From assembly GCF_000143415.4 (NCBI RefSeq), contig NW_003314263.1, positions 4,028,519 to 4,092,518 of the forward strand: a stretch of DNA of 64,000 bases, read 5' to 3'. The stretch is from Selaginella moellendorffii. Taxonomy: Eukaryota; Plantae; Lycopodiophyta. The position numbers and the translations under genes are program-made. Positions 49,940 through 63,830 of this stretch are shown in pieces. Positions within the stretch are counted from its first letter, which is position 1; each line of letters begins with the position of its first letter. The notes under the pieces are model-generated. The model made no database searches, was not told the DNA's origin, and saw only the letters and a list, made by a program, of their open reading frames with translations.

Positions 49940-52380
49940 CATAGTTGCCGAAAAACGTATGAAACTAAAAAAACGTAACGTTTTAAACGCATTAAAAAAC
50001 GCCGTTTTAAACTCCTAACGCGTTTGCACTATTTGCGAAAAGAGACAAGAGTTTCTTTAGGGTTTCTTTAGGGTTTCTTCAGGGTCATGTCAGGAATTGG
50101 AGGACGCCGCGAATGCTGGAGCTGGAAGCATGTGATACGAGCAGAGCGGCACTGGACATGTAAGTATTGTCATGAGATTCACACTGGGGGAGCGGAGCGA
50201 GTGCGAGCACATCTCGCTGGAGTTCGGGCAAGAGGTGTGAAAACGTGCAAGGCAATGAGGGAGATCCCTTATGAAGTTCTTAAAAACGCTCGCAGCAGTT
50301 TTTCCGATTTCGAGCTAGCAGACCCAGCAGATGCTGATGATGGGCATCTGCTGCAGCAAGCCGCACAGGGTTCAGGGGGGCCAGCAGAATCTATGGTGGC
50401 AAGCACGGAGAACTGGTCCAGTGCTGGGACAAGCAGAGCAGCGAAACGTAGATCCTCGGATGGAAATTTGGTGACATTTTTTGATACTGCTTCGGCTGAG
50501 GCACTGGATGATGCTGTTGCAGAGTTCTTCTTTGCCGAGAACATCTCCTTCAACACAATCCGAAGAGACAACTTGAAGAGAATGCTGAAAGTTGCCGCAA
50601 AAGTGGGGCGTCCAGCGATTGACAACCTCATGGGATATGAGAAGTTGCGGACAACTGAGCTACAACGAATATACAACAACGTTCAGAAGCGGCTTGAAGA
50701 TGTGCGGCTAAGTTGGAGGACATATGGTTGTACCATTGTCACGGATGGCTGGTCTGATATCAAGAAGCGGTCTCTTATCAACTTCATGGTTAGTTCTGTG
50801 AGAGGCTCAATTTTCCTGAAGGCTGTGGACAGCAAGAATGCGAAGAAAACCGGAGCATGGTTGTTTGAGCAGCTGAAACAAGTGATTGCCGAGGTTGGTG
50901 CGGAAAATGTTGTGCAGGTGGTGACAGACAATGCAAGCAACTGCGTGGTCATGGGGGAGCTTTTGCAGCAGGAGTTTCCACAGATTGTACACGTTCGCTG
51001 CATTTGCCACGTTATGGACTTGCTGTTTGAAGATATTGGAGCTCTGTCTTGGGTGCAGCCTTTCGTCGATGGCTGTGCGAAGATAGTTACCTTCATCACC
51101 TCAAAGCCACGGGTTCTAGCTCTTTATAGAACTTTCTGCAAACGGGACCTGATAAAGCCTGTGACCACGAGGTTTGCTTATATTTTTCTCGTGATGTCTC
51201 AGCTTCTGGAGACCACGAATCTCTCCGGGCTTCGAAGAATGGTGGTGAGCCAAGAATGGGAGTGACTTGACTGGTCTAAGAAGCTGGAGGGCCTGGAGCT
51301 GCGATCTCGTGTTCTCAATGACTCGTTCTGGGAGCGGTGCGAGAATTTGTTAATTTTGCTCGGACCTTTACTTCGAGTTCTTCGACTCGCTGATCGGGAG
51401 GGGGCGACTTCAGGCCTCATCTTTGAAGCTGTTGATCTGCTGATTGAGAAGATGGACGAGGGAGCTCGAAACGGAATTTATGCACATGAGGAAGTGGGAC
51501 AAATCAAGGATTTCCTACTTGAATCACACGGTCTGAAGGAGGCAAGGTGGTATCAAATGCACAACGTCATTCATGGAGCTGCTTTTGCTCTTCATCCTCT
51601 GTTTCTGGGGGATAACTCAGAGAACGACAAGCTGGACAATGAGGCACACGGGAACTGGTTGGAGTACATGCATGTTTATAGCGGAGGTGATCTGGACTTG
51701 CAGCTGAGATTGCAGGCACAGTTTGAGAGGTTTCGGCAACAGCTTGGACGGCAAATGAGGTTACCTGTTGCCAAGGATCGGGAGACCAGAAAGTTTCCAG
51801 TAACCTGGTGGAGTTCTTTTGGTTTAGAGATGCCTGATCTACGTCGCATGGCTCTCCGGATTTTAAGCCAGGTTGTTTGCGCTTCTCCATGCGAGAGGAA
51901 TTGGAGCTCATGGAGCTTGATACAAACAAAGCGCAGGTCCCGCTTGCTTCCCAAAAATGCTGAGAAGCTGGTTTACATTCATACAAACTTGCGGGTTGTT
52001 CAGAAGCTGGAGAGTGAAGGTTTGAGGATGCTGGAGATTGATATAGACAAGCTGGAGTTGGAGCCTCATTGGAAAAGGATTTTGGATCTGCAAGAAGCTT
52101 TTGAGGAACCAAATCAGGCTGCTGACGAGTTTAGCATTGATGAAGGAATGGAAGACGATTCGGAATCAGAAGACGACTAAAACGGCTTCTTCTTTCATTT
52201 GTTTTATCGGTTGGGTTTTATAAACTTAATATCAGATTAAAGTGTATTTAGTAAATATTAGTGTTTTCTTAATCATTTTAGGCTTTAACATGTAAACGTT
52301 TGATTGCCCTGAAAAAAACGTTTTAAACGGCATTTAAACGTGGACGCGTTTGAACGTTTGCACGTCTAGCTGCAACTATG
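49940..52380 (+). mobile_element. hAT DNA transposon, 2441 bp
   Basis: TIR CATAGTTGC/GCAACTATG; perfect 8-bp TSD CTTGGAAT at 49932-49939 and 52381-52388; subterminal AAACG repeats. Confidence 0.95.
50087..52180 (+). CDS. Intronless hAT transposase (BED finger, DUF659, dimerisation domain) with one premature TGA at 51263-51265
   Basis: CKYC...HLAG, GCTIVTDGWSD, QVVTDNASN, CICHVMDL, WW...LSQVVCASPCERNWS. The two ORFs are in the same frame. Confidence 0.92.
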
Positions 52381-53195
52381 CTTGGAATAGATTGTTGGAT
52401 GGAAAAGATGTATAGTTGGGGCATTGACATCATTAGCACTTGTGTTAGTGGAAGTGGCATTGTTATTTTAAGTGATAAGGAATTTTCCTTGAACCTTGAT
52501 TTTCCATGTCATTTTTCTTGTTAATGTTTTGGCTTCACATTGGATCTTGAAGGTGATTGAAGAAGAGTGTTAATGCAATGTGCATATCCGAAGATGTGGT
52601 CTTCGTGATCAAGCCTTGGATGTTCATTTCACACTTTGTGAATGTCGGTGTTGGATATCGGTAAGATGGGCAAAGATGTTCGATGCTTAGACATATTGTT
52701 GAATCATAAGAATTTGTGTTGAGGTGAACCTATATGAAGTTGTTAGTAGGAGGAAATTGGTTGAGTCTTGAAAGTTTGCATTCCTGGACTAAGAGTCATT
52801 CTTTCTCTAGGATGGAAAATTTTCCACAAATTTTCTTAGACTTTTCAAATGGCTGATCTGTTAGTCACTTTGCCGAAAACCATTCCATTTTCGTAAGCCA
52901 GTACAAACTAATGAAGGGGTTGAAGTTGACTTCAGTTAGCTTAGACCTTGGTAGGTAGTTTGTATGATGCAACCCAAAAGGGATGCTGACTTTTGGGGCT
53001 AAGGCAATTGAGTTAGATAGAGTCTGGAGTTGGTGTAGAAAAGTGGCCGATATGCTTTTCTAAGAAAGGTGACCCTTGTGCCTTTCTTCTATAGTGTTGT
53101 GCTTAGTGGCAGGTTGGACCTTGCATTTCGTTAAGACTCTATGAGAGTAGTGAGCTCTCACTAATCTTGACTTAGTCTTGGCGGTTCTGCGCCTT

Positions 53196-54762
53196 TGTAG
53201 CGCACGTGGTTTTTACCCTTTATCCTATGGTGATTTACCATAGGATAACACCACGAAGCGGAACCTAAACCTATGTGCCACGTGTGGAACCCGAGTTTCA
53301 AAGCCTTGGGCCACTAAACGAAAGAATGGTGCCAAACTCCCAAACGTGGAACCAAGGAGTGATGGAACCAAACCACGGAGCAACTCCCGAGCATACAGCC
53401 CAAGGAGCGAAGGGACAAGAGCCCAGAGCGACTTGGAATAGTCCTGGAGTTCCCAGCATCCCAATGCCAGGACCAGCACGCAAAACGGAGCCAAATAGAG
53501 TCTGGTGCTATTTCGGCATACTGGTGGCTTAACGTGAGGATATGGGTACTTTACCAACTAGCATGGAATGGAACTTGGGCTTAGACCCAAGCCAAATGTA
53601 AAACAAGGACAGGCACGCAAGCGGGAGCTAGACTATGCCTCAGGTTGGTCGGCCATGCCCGACCTACCCACTATCCCTACTATACATTTGGAACCCCCCA
53701 CAACCCCCCCCCCCCCCCCTTGAGGAACACACGCTTTGGGCTTTCACCCCAAGCCTCCCTTAGTATCAAGAGTTAGTCTCTAGGACAAGCTCGAAACTTA
53801 CTAAATATGGAATGGCGTTAGATTGCGAATTTGGACACGGGACGAACACCATTGTGTTCAGGCCAATCTCTACATTCCGTAGATATGCCAAATGAGTGAA
53901 TTTAGACACTTTCCATAAATAGCATTTGGGACCAAAATGAGACTAATAGAAAGGGTGTGATAGCGAGGGTGTTTGGTAGACACGGTAAGCTATCATCCAG
54001 CGATATTGAGGGACCAATCTCAATACACGAGGGTTCTTGTCAAGCCAGTGCAAGACAGAGCAAAAGAGAACTAACAAGCCAGCTAAGTATGCTCAGCTAA
54101 ATAGACACTTAGGAATTCCTTCCTTATGCTCATCCAGCCAAGTACAGATGCTAAGCCCAGTTTACTAACACTTGAACAAGAGGGACTGATAAAGGGTCCA
54201 GCAATACTGACCTCCTGCCATCGTGGCAATAAGGTAAGAGTGTCCGTAAGGACTGGCCAAGAGATAACTTTTGATACCCGAAGTCACATTTGCGACACTC
54301 TCCCCCCCTTGGGAAGATCGACATCCTCGTTGATGCACACTCGAGTCTAGAATACCGCCAAGGAGACAACTCCAGAAAAAGTTCACGGTACTCACACTAT
54401 GTGAGAAATGCATCAACTTAAATGAGTTAGGGGGCAACCTCGTTGTCTAACACGGATGCGCTACTAGCTCAGACACCTTCCGGCCGTCGCTGACAAGGAA
54501 ATGACCAATGAAGTCAGCCACCCTTGCTGCTCTGGGTGTCACCCAGCTACAAAAGTGTGATATGCCCTTGCTCGCAAGGACATAGAGAGAAAAGCCAGAG
54601 GCCCCAACCCTCCTGAGCAAAGAAACCAAACCCGTTTGTAAGGTTTAGATAGACTACTGTAAATAGGCAGTTAGTGTTGTTTACACGGTCACGCCCTTTT
54701 AACGGAATAAGGAACATCAACAGAGAGGCGGGTGATGTGACCAGTCGACAGTAGCTACCCCA
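53196..54762 (-). mobile_element. Inverted family-C LTR (53196-54750) with attached PPT, inside element C
   Basis: Reverse-complement match to 56410-58214 without the Cassandra insert. No TSD found. Confidence 0.8.
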
Positions 54763-56649
54763 AGAGAGTTTTGGGTGGTGATTCACTCGTGCTTTCTTCT
54801 AGATTTGTTTTGGTGTTGATGGCATTGAAGTGATGCCTTGTCATTGACATTGTTGATATTGAGATCTGAGTGAAATGAGATATTCTTCCAAGATTTGATA
54901 TTGAGTTTCATTAGTCTTGATGAAAATAGTGTTGATGATTTGGCTTTAGCTTTGTGTTGTTGGCATTCATGCATTTGCTAGTTAGCAATTGTGTTGACGT
55001 TCAAATGAACTGAGTGGCAAGTTGAGTTAGTTGTGTTCTAGATGAGATTGCTTAGTTGAGGTTAAACTTTAGCTTTTCCTTGAAAAATGATTTAGTCGTG
55101 AACTATACTAGCCTTAGGAGAGGAAGAATTAGTGTTCGATATTAGAATGTTTGAGTCCTTATTGGATTTGAGTTCAGGATATATCGATCGTTGATGATAT
55201 TTCTTGTGCTTGTTATGAAGTGAGTTACATCTTGCTGTAGATGGATTCATGGAGGATCGTTTAGTGACCACTTGTTGGGCATAGCTCCATTGTGCTTCGC
55301 TTTTGGATTGATGCAGAAATGCTTTTCATTAGCTTTGGCATTATGAAGTTTAGCTTATGGATGTGTTGAAGAAGATATTGTGGGTTGCATCACGATTTCT
55401 TCTTTAGCATTGAAATTAGCTTCTATGAGACTCGTGATCATTATTAGGCAAGACTTAGCTATAGGCTTCTTCGAGCTTTTGGTTCCTTGAGTTTTGTGCT
55501 CATTATTCCATTTGTTAGACGTTGTTGGGGAAGGCATTTTGGTTTGTTAGCTTCAATGTTGAAGTTAGTATTTTGCATCTAGTAATCATTGGTGATGCTT
55601 GATTATCATTTAGGATAGTTGATTATCTTTGTCAAAAAAATTTGCTTGATTATTGTTGGTATAGAATGATTTGCTATTCTTCGGGATGGTGAATTTCTTC
55701 TTAGCCGATGATTCTGCATCTCTTTATTGATGGGATGATTGATCTTTCATGATGGTTAGTTGCTCTTTTTGATAGCTTATGGCTTTTCACAATACCACAT
55801 GTTCTTTATGGTTTGTTTTGGATTGGTCTCTTGGGTTTGAGATATCAATAGGATGTTGCTAACGCTTGCTAAAGCAACTTGAGTTCCTTTGTATTATTGA
55901 CTAGGATTTACAGATTAGCCAGTGTGATAGTTGGCATAAATGAATATTTGCTGGTCTTGCCGCATTTATTCTGTTTTGTTGAATATTGCTCAAGTTAGTT
56001 TTGATAGATTAGCATGTTATTTCCTTCGGGTGATACATTCGCGAGTATTTTGCTTACCAGTTAATGATATTTGGTGTTCTTTGAGTTATTTTGGCATTCT
56101 ATCTGCAATCTTTAATAGTTAAGTTTTATCATTGAGTGTCCTTGATGATATACTTGTTATTGGATGGTGCATCCTATGTTTTCCAAACATGCTGATCTTA
56201 GTGGTTCCTATACTCAAATATTGGTTTATTGGATGATAACTTACTTGGAATACTTTTGTGTTTTAATCTAAACTATATTCACTGATAATTAAGACTCTAA
56301 GATATCATTGTCTATGACTTTGCTATTGTTCATCTATTGATCTTTGAGTTTAGGCCAGTATAGGTAGACTGGCTTCGGCACTTCGTGTGCATGTTGAAAT
56401 CTTTAGTCATGGGGTAGCTACTGTCGACTGGTCATATCACCCACCTCTCTGTCGATGTTCCTTATTCCGTGAAAGGGCATGACCGTGTAAATAACTCTAA
56501 CTGCCTGTTTACAGTAGTCTATCTAAACCTTACCGACAGGTTTGGTTTCTTTGCTCATGAGGGTTGGGGCCTCTGGCTTCTCTCTCTATGTCCTTGCAGG
56601 CAGGGGCGTATCACACTTTTGTAGCTGGGTGACACCTAGAGCAGCAAGG

Positions 56650-56844
56650 TGTAAGCTTTTGAATTTGGACTTCCCGGGAGGTCACCCAACCCAGTACTAT
56701 TCAAACCCAAGGACGCTTAACCCCAAGTATCCCAAGACCCTTAACCGATTGGAAAAGGGGGTGCAGTCTTATTCATGGGCCCTTTTCCCTCTATATTTGA
56801 ACCCCATGGATCGTCTCTCAAGTCGTTCCCTTTGGTTGCTTACA
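56650..56844 (-). mobile_element. Cassandra-type TRIM solo LTR carrying a 5S rRNA-derived segment (56667-56721)
   Basis: 195 bp, termini TGTAAGC...GCTTACA, TSD CAAGG/CAAAG. The minus strand reads GTTAAGCGTCCTTGGGTTTGAATAGTACTGGGTTGGGTGACCTCCCGGGAAGTCC, matching the 5S internal control region. The insert is absent from the paralogous LTR near 54520. Confidence 0.88.
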
Positions 56845-59800
56845 CAAAGGTGGCTGACTCTGTTGGTCATTTCCTTGTTGGCGACGGCCGGAAGGTGTCT
56901 GAGTTGGTAGCGCATCCGTGTTAGACAAAAAGGTTCCCCCTAACTCATTTAAGTTGGTGCATTTATCACATAGTGTGAGTACCGTGAACTTTTTCTGGAG
57001 TTGTTTCTTTGGCGGTATTCTATACTCGAGTATGCATTGACGAGGACGTCGATCTTCCCTAAGGGGGGAGAGTGTCGAGAATGTGACTTTGGGTATCGAA
57101 AGTTACCTGTCGGCTAGTCCTTTCGAATATTCTTTCCTTACTGCCACGACAGCAGGAGGTCGGTATTGTTCAACCTGTTATCAGTTTCCCACTTGAGCTA
57201 GTTGAGAAACTGGTCAATGACCGTGTATTTAGATCAGATAAACATAAGGTCGGAACCCTATGTGTTTCTTGCTGAGCATACTCGCCCTGGTTTGAGAAAC
57301 TCCTGTCCTTGGCTTGCACTTGCTAGTATCAAGAACCCCCATGATATTGAGATTGGTCGCTCAATATCGCTAGATGATAGCTTACCGTGTCTGCCAAACA
57401 CCCTCGCTATCATGCCCTTTGTGTTAGTCTCATTTCGATCCCAAATGCTATTTATGGAAAGTGTCTAGATTTGCTCATTTGGCATATTTACGGAATGTAA
57501 AGATCAGCCTAAACACAATGGTGTTCGTCCTGTGTCCAAATTCACAATCTAGCACCATTCCATATTTAGTAAGTTTCGAGCTTGTCCCAAAGACTAACTC
57601 CTGATACTAAGGGAGACTTGGGGTGAAAGCCGAAAGCGTGTGTTCCTCAAGAGGGGGGGCTGTGGGGGGTTCCAAATGTATAGTAGGGATAGTGGGTAGG
57701 TCGGGCATGGCCGACCAACCTGAGGCATAATCTAGCTTCTGCTTGCGTGCCTGTCCTTGTTCTGCATCTGGCTTAGGTCTAAGCCCAAGTTCCACACCAT
57801 GCTAACTGGTGGAGTACTCATATCCTTGCGTTAGACCACCAGTATGCCGAAATAACGCCAGACTCTGTTTGGCTCCGTTTTGCATGCTGGTCCTGGCATT
57901 GGGATGTTGGTTACTCTAGGACTATTCCAAGTTGCTCCGGGCTCCTATCCCTTCGCCCCTTGGGCTGTATGCTCGGGAGTTGCTCCGTGGTCCGGTTTTA
58001 TCACTCCTTGGCTCCATGCTTGGGAGTTTGGCACTGTTCCTTTGTTTAGTGGCCCAAGGCCCTGAACTTTGGGTTCCACACCACGTTCCTTGGACACGTG
58101 GCATGTGACACGTGGCATCTGTCACATGCCACAAAGAGGGTTTAGGTTCTGCTTCGTGGTGTTATCCTATAGTAAATCACCATAGGATAAAGGGTAAAAA
58201 CCACTTGCGCTACAATATGCGTCTCATCTGCAGCCATAAGTACAGGAATTCTCCTAGCGTTTTTCTTCATATAAGCACTATACATTGCTTAACCTTGCTG
58301 GAATATGTGAAACTATAAACTCAATACTTAGTTTATGTATAGAAATCTCAAAAAACTATAGAAAAATACTTGAACTCCAACACTATAGCAAAGTGTCATT
58401 CTCATAGCTCGTCTAATTGTGGAAATACTTGGCCTAGCAAATTTTAAAGGATATAAAATCATGCATTTGTACTCTTTCATAGATTCAAATAGCCTCAAAA
58501 ATTTGCTTCAACCTTGTATTCCATCGCTGCCTATTTACTGGCTGAGACAAATTCCTAGAGATATCCATGAGAAAATTCCAAAGCCTTGTCTTCCTTCAAA
58601 TTTGCCATACCTTGCTACATCATAAATGCCCTTGCAAAATTTTCTAATATCCATGTAGGCTAAATCCTCTAAACAATGTTCACCAAGACCTCAAACTTTC
58701 ATTGACAAAACAATTATTCTCTAGCACTGCTTCATAACTTGAGTCTCAAACCGTTGTACAAGCTAATGCCTTGATTGTGCATTAGCAAGAAGCTTTTTCA
58801 ATGATAAAGTATTTAGCTGACAACCAACAGATGCAACCACTCTTTAACCTTTAGCAATATCACCTCTGTCATCCAGCTTGATTTGGTGAGTAACTCACAT
58901 TCTAAAATCATTTCCATAAGAACTGAATCACACTTCAGGCATATTAGATTTGAAAAACTTTCATGATCAACTCAAAGGTATAATTTATGATGAAAAGTAC
59001 TTTCAATATTAACTTTCGTCACAAGATAGATCATAGTTTGTTTAGTTTTTAGCTCAACAAACCATTCACTCTCAACTTATCTTGTAGAAATGGCTTTAAG
59101 TTTTTTTTGATAGTTATATGTTGGAAAATGATGTCCTCAACATAATTGTGTGAGGACATCCCTACTCCATTATATCTTACTATATTTTTAAAAACTAATC
59201 AAAGAAGTAAATTTATCTATTGTTAGAAAGAATTTAGTGATGCTTTGTTGTCATGCATTATTAACAAGAAGCTTGGAGGGATGGTTGTTAAAATCCAAAT
59301 TACTAATTTTTTGTTTTACCTACAATTTATAGTGTTTCGTATAACTACTTCCACATGACCTTTGGAAACAAGATATTGCTCCATATTATGAGTGTAAGAG
59401 TCTAAAGAAAGAATTGAATTTGAATGCTAAAGAAAAAAATATATTTACTTTATCGTGGAAAGTGTTGAACTATATAATTGCACATTGTGCAATGAATCTT
59501 TATGCTCTCCAAATTGTTGAAATTACAATTTAGCCAAAGAACAAATTTGTAGTTTAACTCTTTGCAAATTTTAGCAACTTTTTCCATTATCTCATCCACA
59601 AATTGTTAGCTTATAGAGGCTGATGAGACCAAGGGGGATCTTGAATCACTACTAACTGAAAGAGTGATTTTCATAGTAAATTTATATCCTTAGTCTTCAA
59701 GTGAGATAAGATAAAATTCTTCAGGATATCTCATTTCACCCCACCTTTCAAATTTTTATTGCACTCGATGCATTGAATTCTAAACACAACTTTACCATTG

Positions 59801-59999
59801 AAATCTTCTATTGTAGCTTCAAAGTGATCATACTGTTTAGTTGTTCTCAATTTCACTTTAGCCTTTTGGATGTTATATTTCAATTGGAATCCAACTCATC
59901 TAACATCCTTATTTTTAACAATTGGATTTTCAATAGTTTTAGCAACCTGCTGATGTAAAAATGACAAGTCTGAATACCATACAATATGAATAAAAACAT

Positions 60000-62900
60000 A
60001 AATAAAGAAAATGTGTATCACTTCAATCATATCAATGAAGCTTTATTGTTGATCTAACTCAACTTGAATAAGTACCACACCATCTCTAATCACTCTATTG
60101 CCATTTACTACCCACTTACTTTCTTGAGAGAATGTGATATCTACAACTTTTCCATCTTTAAAGTCAAGAAATCCCCATTTTCTTGGGATCACTTTATAAA
60201 AATCACTTTAAATCTCTAATCTAAAGGATGCATAAGTGATGCATAAAAGCACTCTACAAGCTCTCAACTTTACTTCCGACCCACCTTGCTTCTTGGATAT
60301 AATCAACTACATCAATCCATTTACTATTGCCATTGATAAATCTACCCTATTTTGAAATAAGAACCTTTTCATACCCTTTGCGCATACCTAAATTTATCTA
60401 ACAAAACCATATGCATATTCTATATGTATTAAGGGAGGTAATCTCACCCTTATAATGCACATACATCTATCCTAACCCTAAAAAAGAGTGGCCACCAAAC
60501 TAAAGCCAAACTCAAATTTACAGGAGAACTAGGTTCATAGCCATACCTCACCATAAATAGAGACACACCAATAACTAATTGACGAGTGCTATTGTGAGAA
60601 AATTGAAGCAAAAGTAAATACTTATCCCATACTCTTTATTGAGTCAAATTTCCTATAAAAGACTTCAACAAATATTCTAATAGTTGATTTATATGCTTTG
60701 TCTACCCATTTGATTGTGGATGCTCACCATTACTTATGCTCAACTTAGTTTCTAACTTCTCAAAGACTATTTGCCAAAATTTAGATGTGAATTTTCTAAT
60801 TATTCACAATATCATTCAGTAAACCATAAAGACTAAATAACCAGTCTATAAATAACTAAGCAAGTTTAGAAGCTTTAATCATCATCTTCACTAGGAAGAA
60901 GTGAGCTATCTTTATTAAATAATTTACAACAACTTAAATAACTTAATTTCCCTCAAAGGTCTTAGGCATTAGGGTTTTAGGGTCTATTAAAATGCATCCC
61001 ACTTGTTCTCAAGTACATGTAAAGAATGATAAAGGGTACTGAATTTTTAATGATCAACTTTAACTACTTGATGTGAGACACAAAATCCCTAGGCCCCAAA
61101 GTGGAGCCGGAAGGGCGCCACATGGTAGTGGCCGAAGCGAGAGCCAAACGAGCGTAACACGTTTGGACCAAAAGCTCCGACTTGAAAAGTCAAGAGCGGG
61201 AGTGGAACTCCCAACGAAGTGCTCGAGGAACGAGCACGAAGCGAGCAAAAGGCGAGGCTCCAAAAAGGGACCCAAAAGGACCAACACATGACACGTGGGA
61301 GTGTCCGAGATGGAGTCCGAAGTGGAGTCCGAGGTGGACCCGAGTTGGAGTCCGAAGTGGAGTCCGAGATGGACCCAAGATGGACCCGAAATGGAGTCTA
61401 AGATGGACCCGAGATGGAGTCCGAGATGGAGTCCGAGATGGACCTGAGATGGACCCGAAATGGAGTCCGAGATGGAGTCCGAGATGGACCCGAAATGGAG
61501 TCCGAGATGGAGTCCGAGATGGACCCGAGATGGAGTCCGAGATGGAGTCCGAGATGGACCCGAGATGGACCCGAGATGGAGTCCGAGATGGAGTCCGAGA
61601 TGGAGTCCGAGATGGAGTCCGAAGTTGAGACCGAGACCGGGACCGAGACCGAGACCGAGACCGAGACTGAGATCGGGACCGAGACCGAGACCGAGGCCGA
61701 GGCCGAGACCGAGCCCGAGCCCGAGTCCGAGTCCGAATCCGAATCCGAGTCCGAGTCCGAGTCCGAGTCCGAGTCCGGAGCCTGAGAGGGTGAAAGCCCA
61801 AAGCGTTCATCTCCCAGACCCTGGGGGGTTTGGTGAGCTCCAAAAGTATAGTAGGGGGAGGACTGCAGTGGAGCCAGTTTGGCCAGGAAAGGCCAGTTTG
61901 GCCCAGGAAGGCCAGACCCAGTGTTGGGTGATGAACTGACCACTGGGAAGTCCAAGACTAGAGTGAATACGGACCGACAAGCGGGGTAGCTTGGTGAAGT
62001 GTTCAAGAGCCGGCTCTAGTTCCCCCGGGAGATCGACTGGCCGATGCTCCCAGTCCAAGTGTGGGTGGCACTACCTACTTGGATACCAGGCGTGGCTCAA
62101 CGGAACCTCGCTCTAAGCCCATGGCTAGAGCACCTAAAGGCGATAGGTGGGGAGAGTACCTAGGTGGCTCGCGTAAGGCCACGGTGTTCCGAAATGTCGT
62201 CCCAAAGGCCCAGACTGTGGAAAGGAAGAGGAGCAGTCCTCTGGGGTAGTGACCAAGGACACAGTCTTGTGGTGAGGAAGTCCCAGAGGACCATGGGACT
62301 TAGTGGTCGGGCCTGTGGGCCTCGATCCAGTGGCAGTGTTGGCAAACACGGCCAGGGGCAGAAAGGGACTTGATAGGAACTGACAAAGGGACTTTGGGGA
62401 AGGCGATTCCTTAGGTCTGTGGGCATCCTAAGGATGCTAAGGAGTGGATCTAGGATGACCCCTCGTAGACAGATGGCCCAGTCTTGGAGAGACGGGATGG
62501 TGATGCAAGTGGTATTGGACCATTTGCGCAGCAAAGGTGAATGGGCATGGCCTCAGCGTAACGGGCCGAGATGTCAGTGGTACCTTTGGTTGTCGATCAT
62601 GGGATCGGACACGTGGAGCACTTGGACCAAGTGCAAAGGTTGAGTGGCATGGATGCCATTCTCGGGGCTAGCAAGCCTCAAGTCCTGAATGGGACTTATG
62701 GAGGTTGTGAATGAGACTCCTCCAAGTGGTCGGAGGTGTGGTTAAGTGACTAAAGTAGAATGGAAAAATTAGTCGCTTACACTTGACAACTCAAACAACC
62801 ACAAATATACTTCTCAATATCTAACTTTATCTTAGGCCAAAAGAAATGCCTTTTCACCAATATATACATCCTCAGTACCCCTAGATGCCTAACACTTGGC

Positions 62901-63830
62901 ACATCATGAAACTCAACCAAAATTTGTTTAATGAATTTGTCAACATGAAGAACCATTACACATCCCTTCTTCACTAGGATTTCATCTTGTATCTCGAATG
63001 ACATAAACTTATTACCCTTCAAATTTGTAAAGATGTCTCTTAACAAAACCTTTGTATGAATATCAATGATAAATGAGTCAAAGTTAGCAAACTTTTTACG
63101 CTCATCTAAAAGATTGCTAGATAGTTTCATAAATGAAATAAAATTTACATCCTAGATAATGCATTAATTACCTTATTGTCACCTCTATACTTGTATTAGA
63201 TCTTAACAAATATTTTTTGCAAGAATTTTTGCCAATAAGCAAAGCGGCTTCAAAGATCTTTTTAATGACTAAAATATTGGAGAGATTAATGGTTTGAATC
63301 TATATGGAAGTCCGATCCATATAATTAATGTTTCCATGCCTTCATAGAACATACAACTCTTTGACTCAAGTAAGCCAATTTTATTATGTAGCATCAAACA
63401 TATGGCTCATATATGCATGAGGATGCCCAACTTGAAGCAAAATGGCCCCAATAGCTATCACTCATATTTGTCTCAACCACAAAAAGTTTTTCTAGATAAA
63501 AAATCTTTAACACAAAAATAAAGATATAACACTGCTTCAAACGCCAAAACACCACTTAACACTTTTCATCCCAACCATGAATAGTAGCATATTTTGACAT
63601 ATTCTAGAGAAGATCGGTTAAGGGAGCATTATTTTTAAAAAGTCTTTTATAAGTTATTGAAAAACTCTAACCATACCAAGGAAACTACAGAGATTATATG
63701 AATCACAACTTGGATCTTTGCGAAATCAACTCTCATTCCATGCATTAAAATCAAATGCCTAAGATATCCAATCTTCTCCAAGAAAACTCACACTTTGATA
63801 ACTTTGAGTAAAGTTTGCTATCCCTCAAAA
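60000..63830 (-). mobile_element. Highly decayed Ty3/gypsy pol (RT end, RNase H, integrase), interrupted by a solo LTR
   Basis: LYSKLSKCEF; integrase zinc finger EFHDVP..HLG...CLSCQV, which continues past 61071. An LTR-like fragment lies at ~63833-63975. Boundaries are approximate. Confidence 0.7.
61072..62781 (+). mobile_element. Family-A solo LTR
   Basis: TGTGAGAC...GCTTACA with TSD CTTGA at 61067-61071 and 62782-62786. Confidence 0.93.

Larger units (their letters stand above)
47542..58214 (+). mobile_element. LTR retrotransposon C with a decayed interior
   Basis: 5' LTR 47542-48594 (internally deleted at a TGTCG microhomology); PBS TGGTATCAGAG at 48597-48607; PPT-like TGGGGTAGCTAC at 56410-56421; 3' LTR 56422-58214; TSD ATGTG/ATATG with one mismatch. 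Confidence 0.82.

Noticed and set aside
56667-56721. 5S rRNA gene
   Set aside because: Only the ~55-nt internal segment is present, embedded in a TG..CA element with a TSD.
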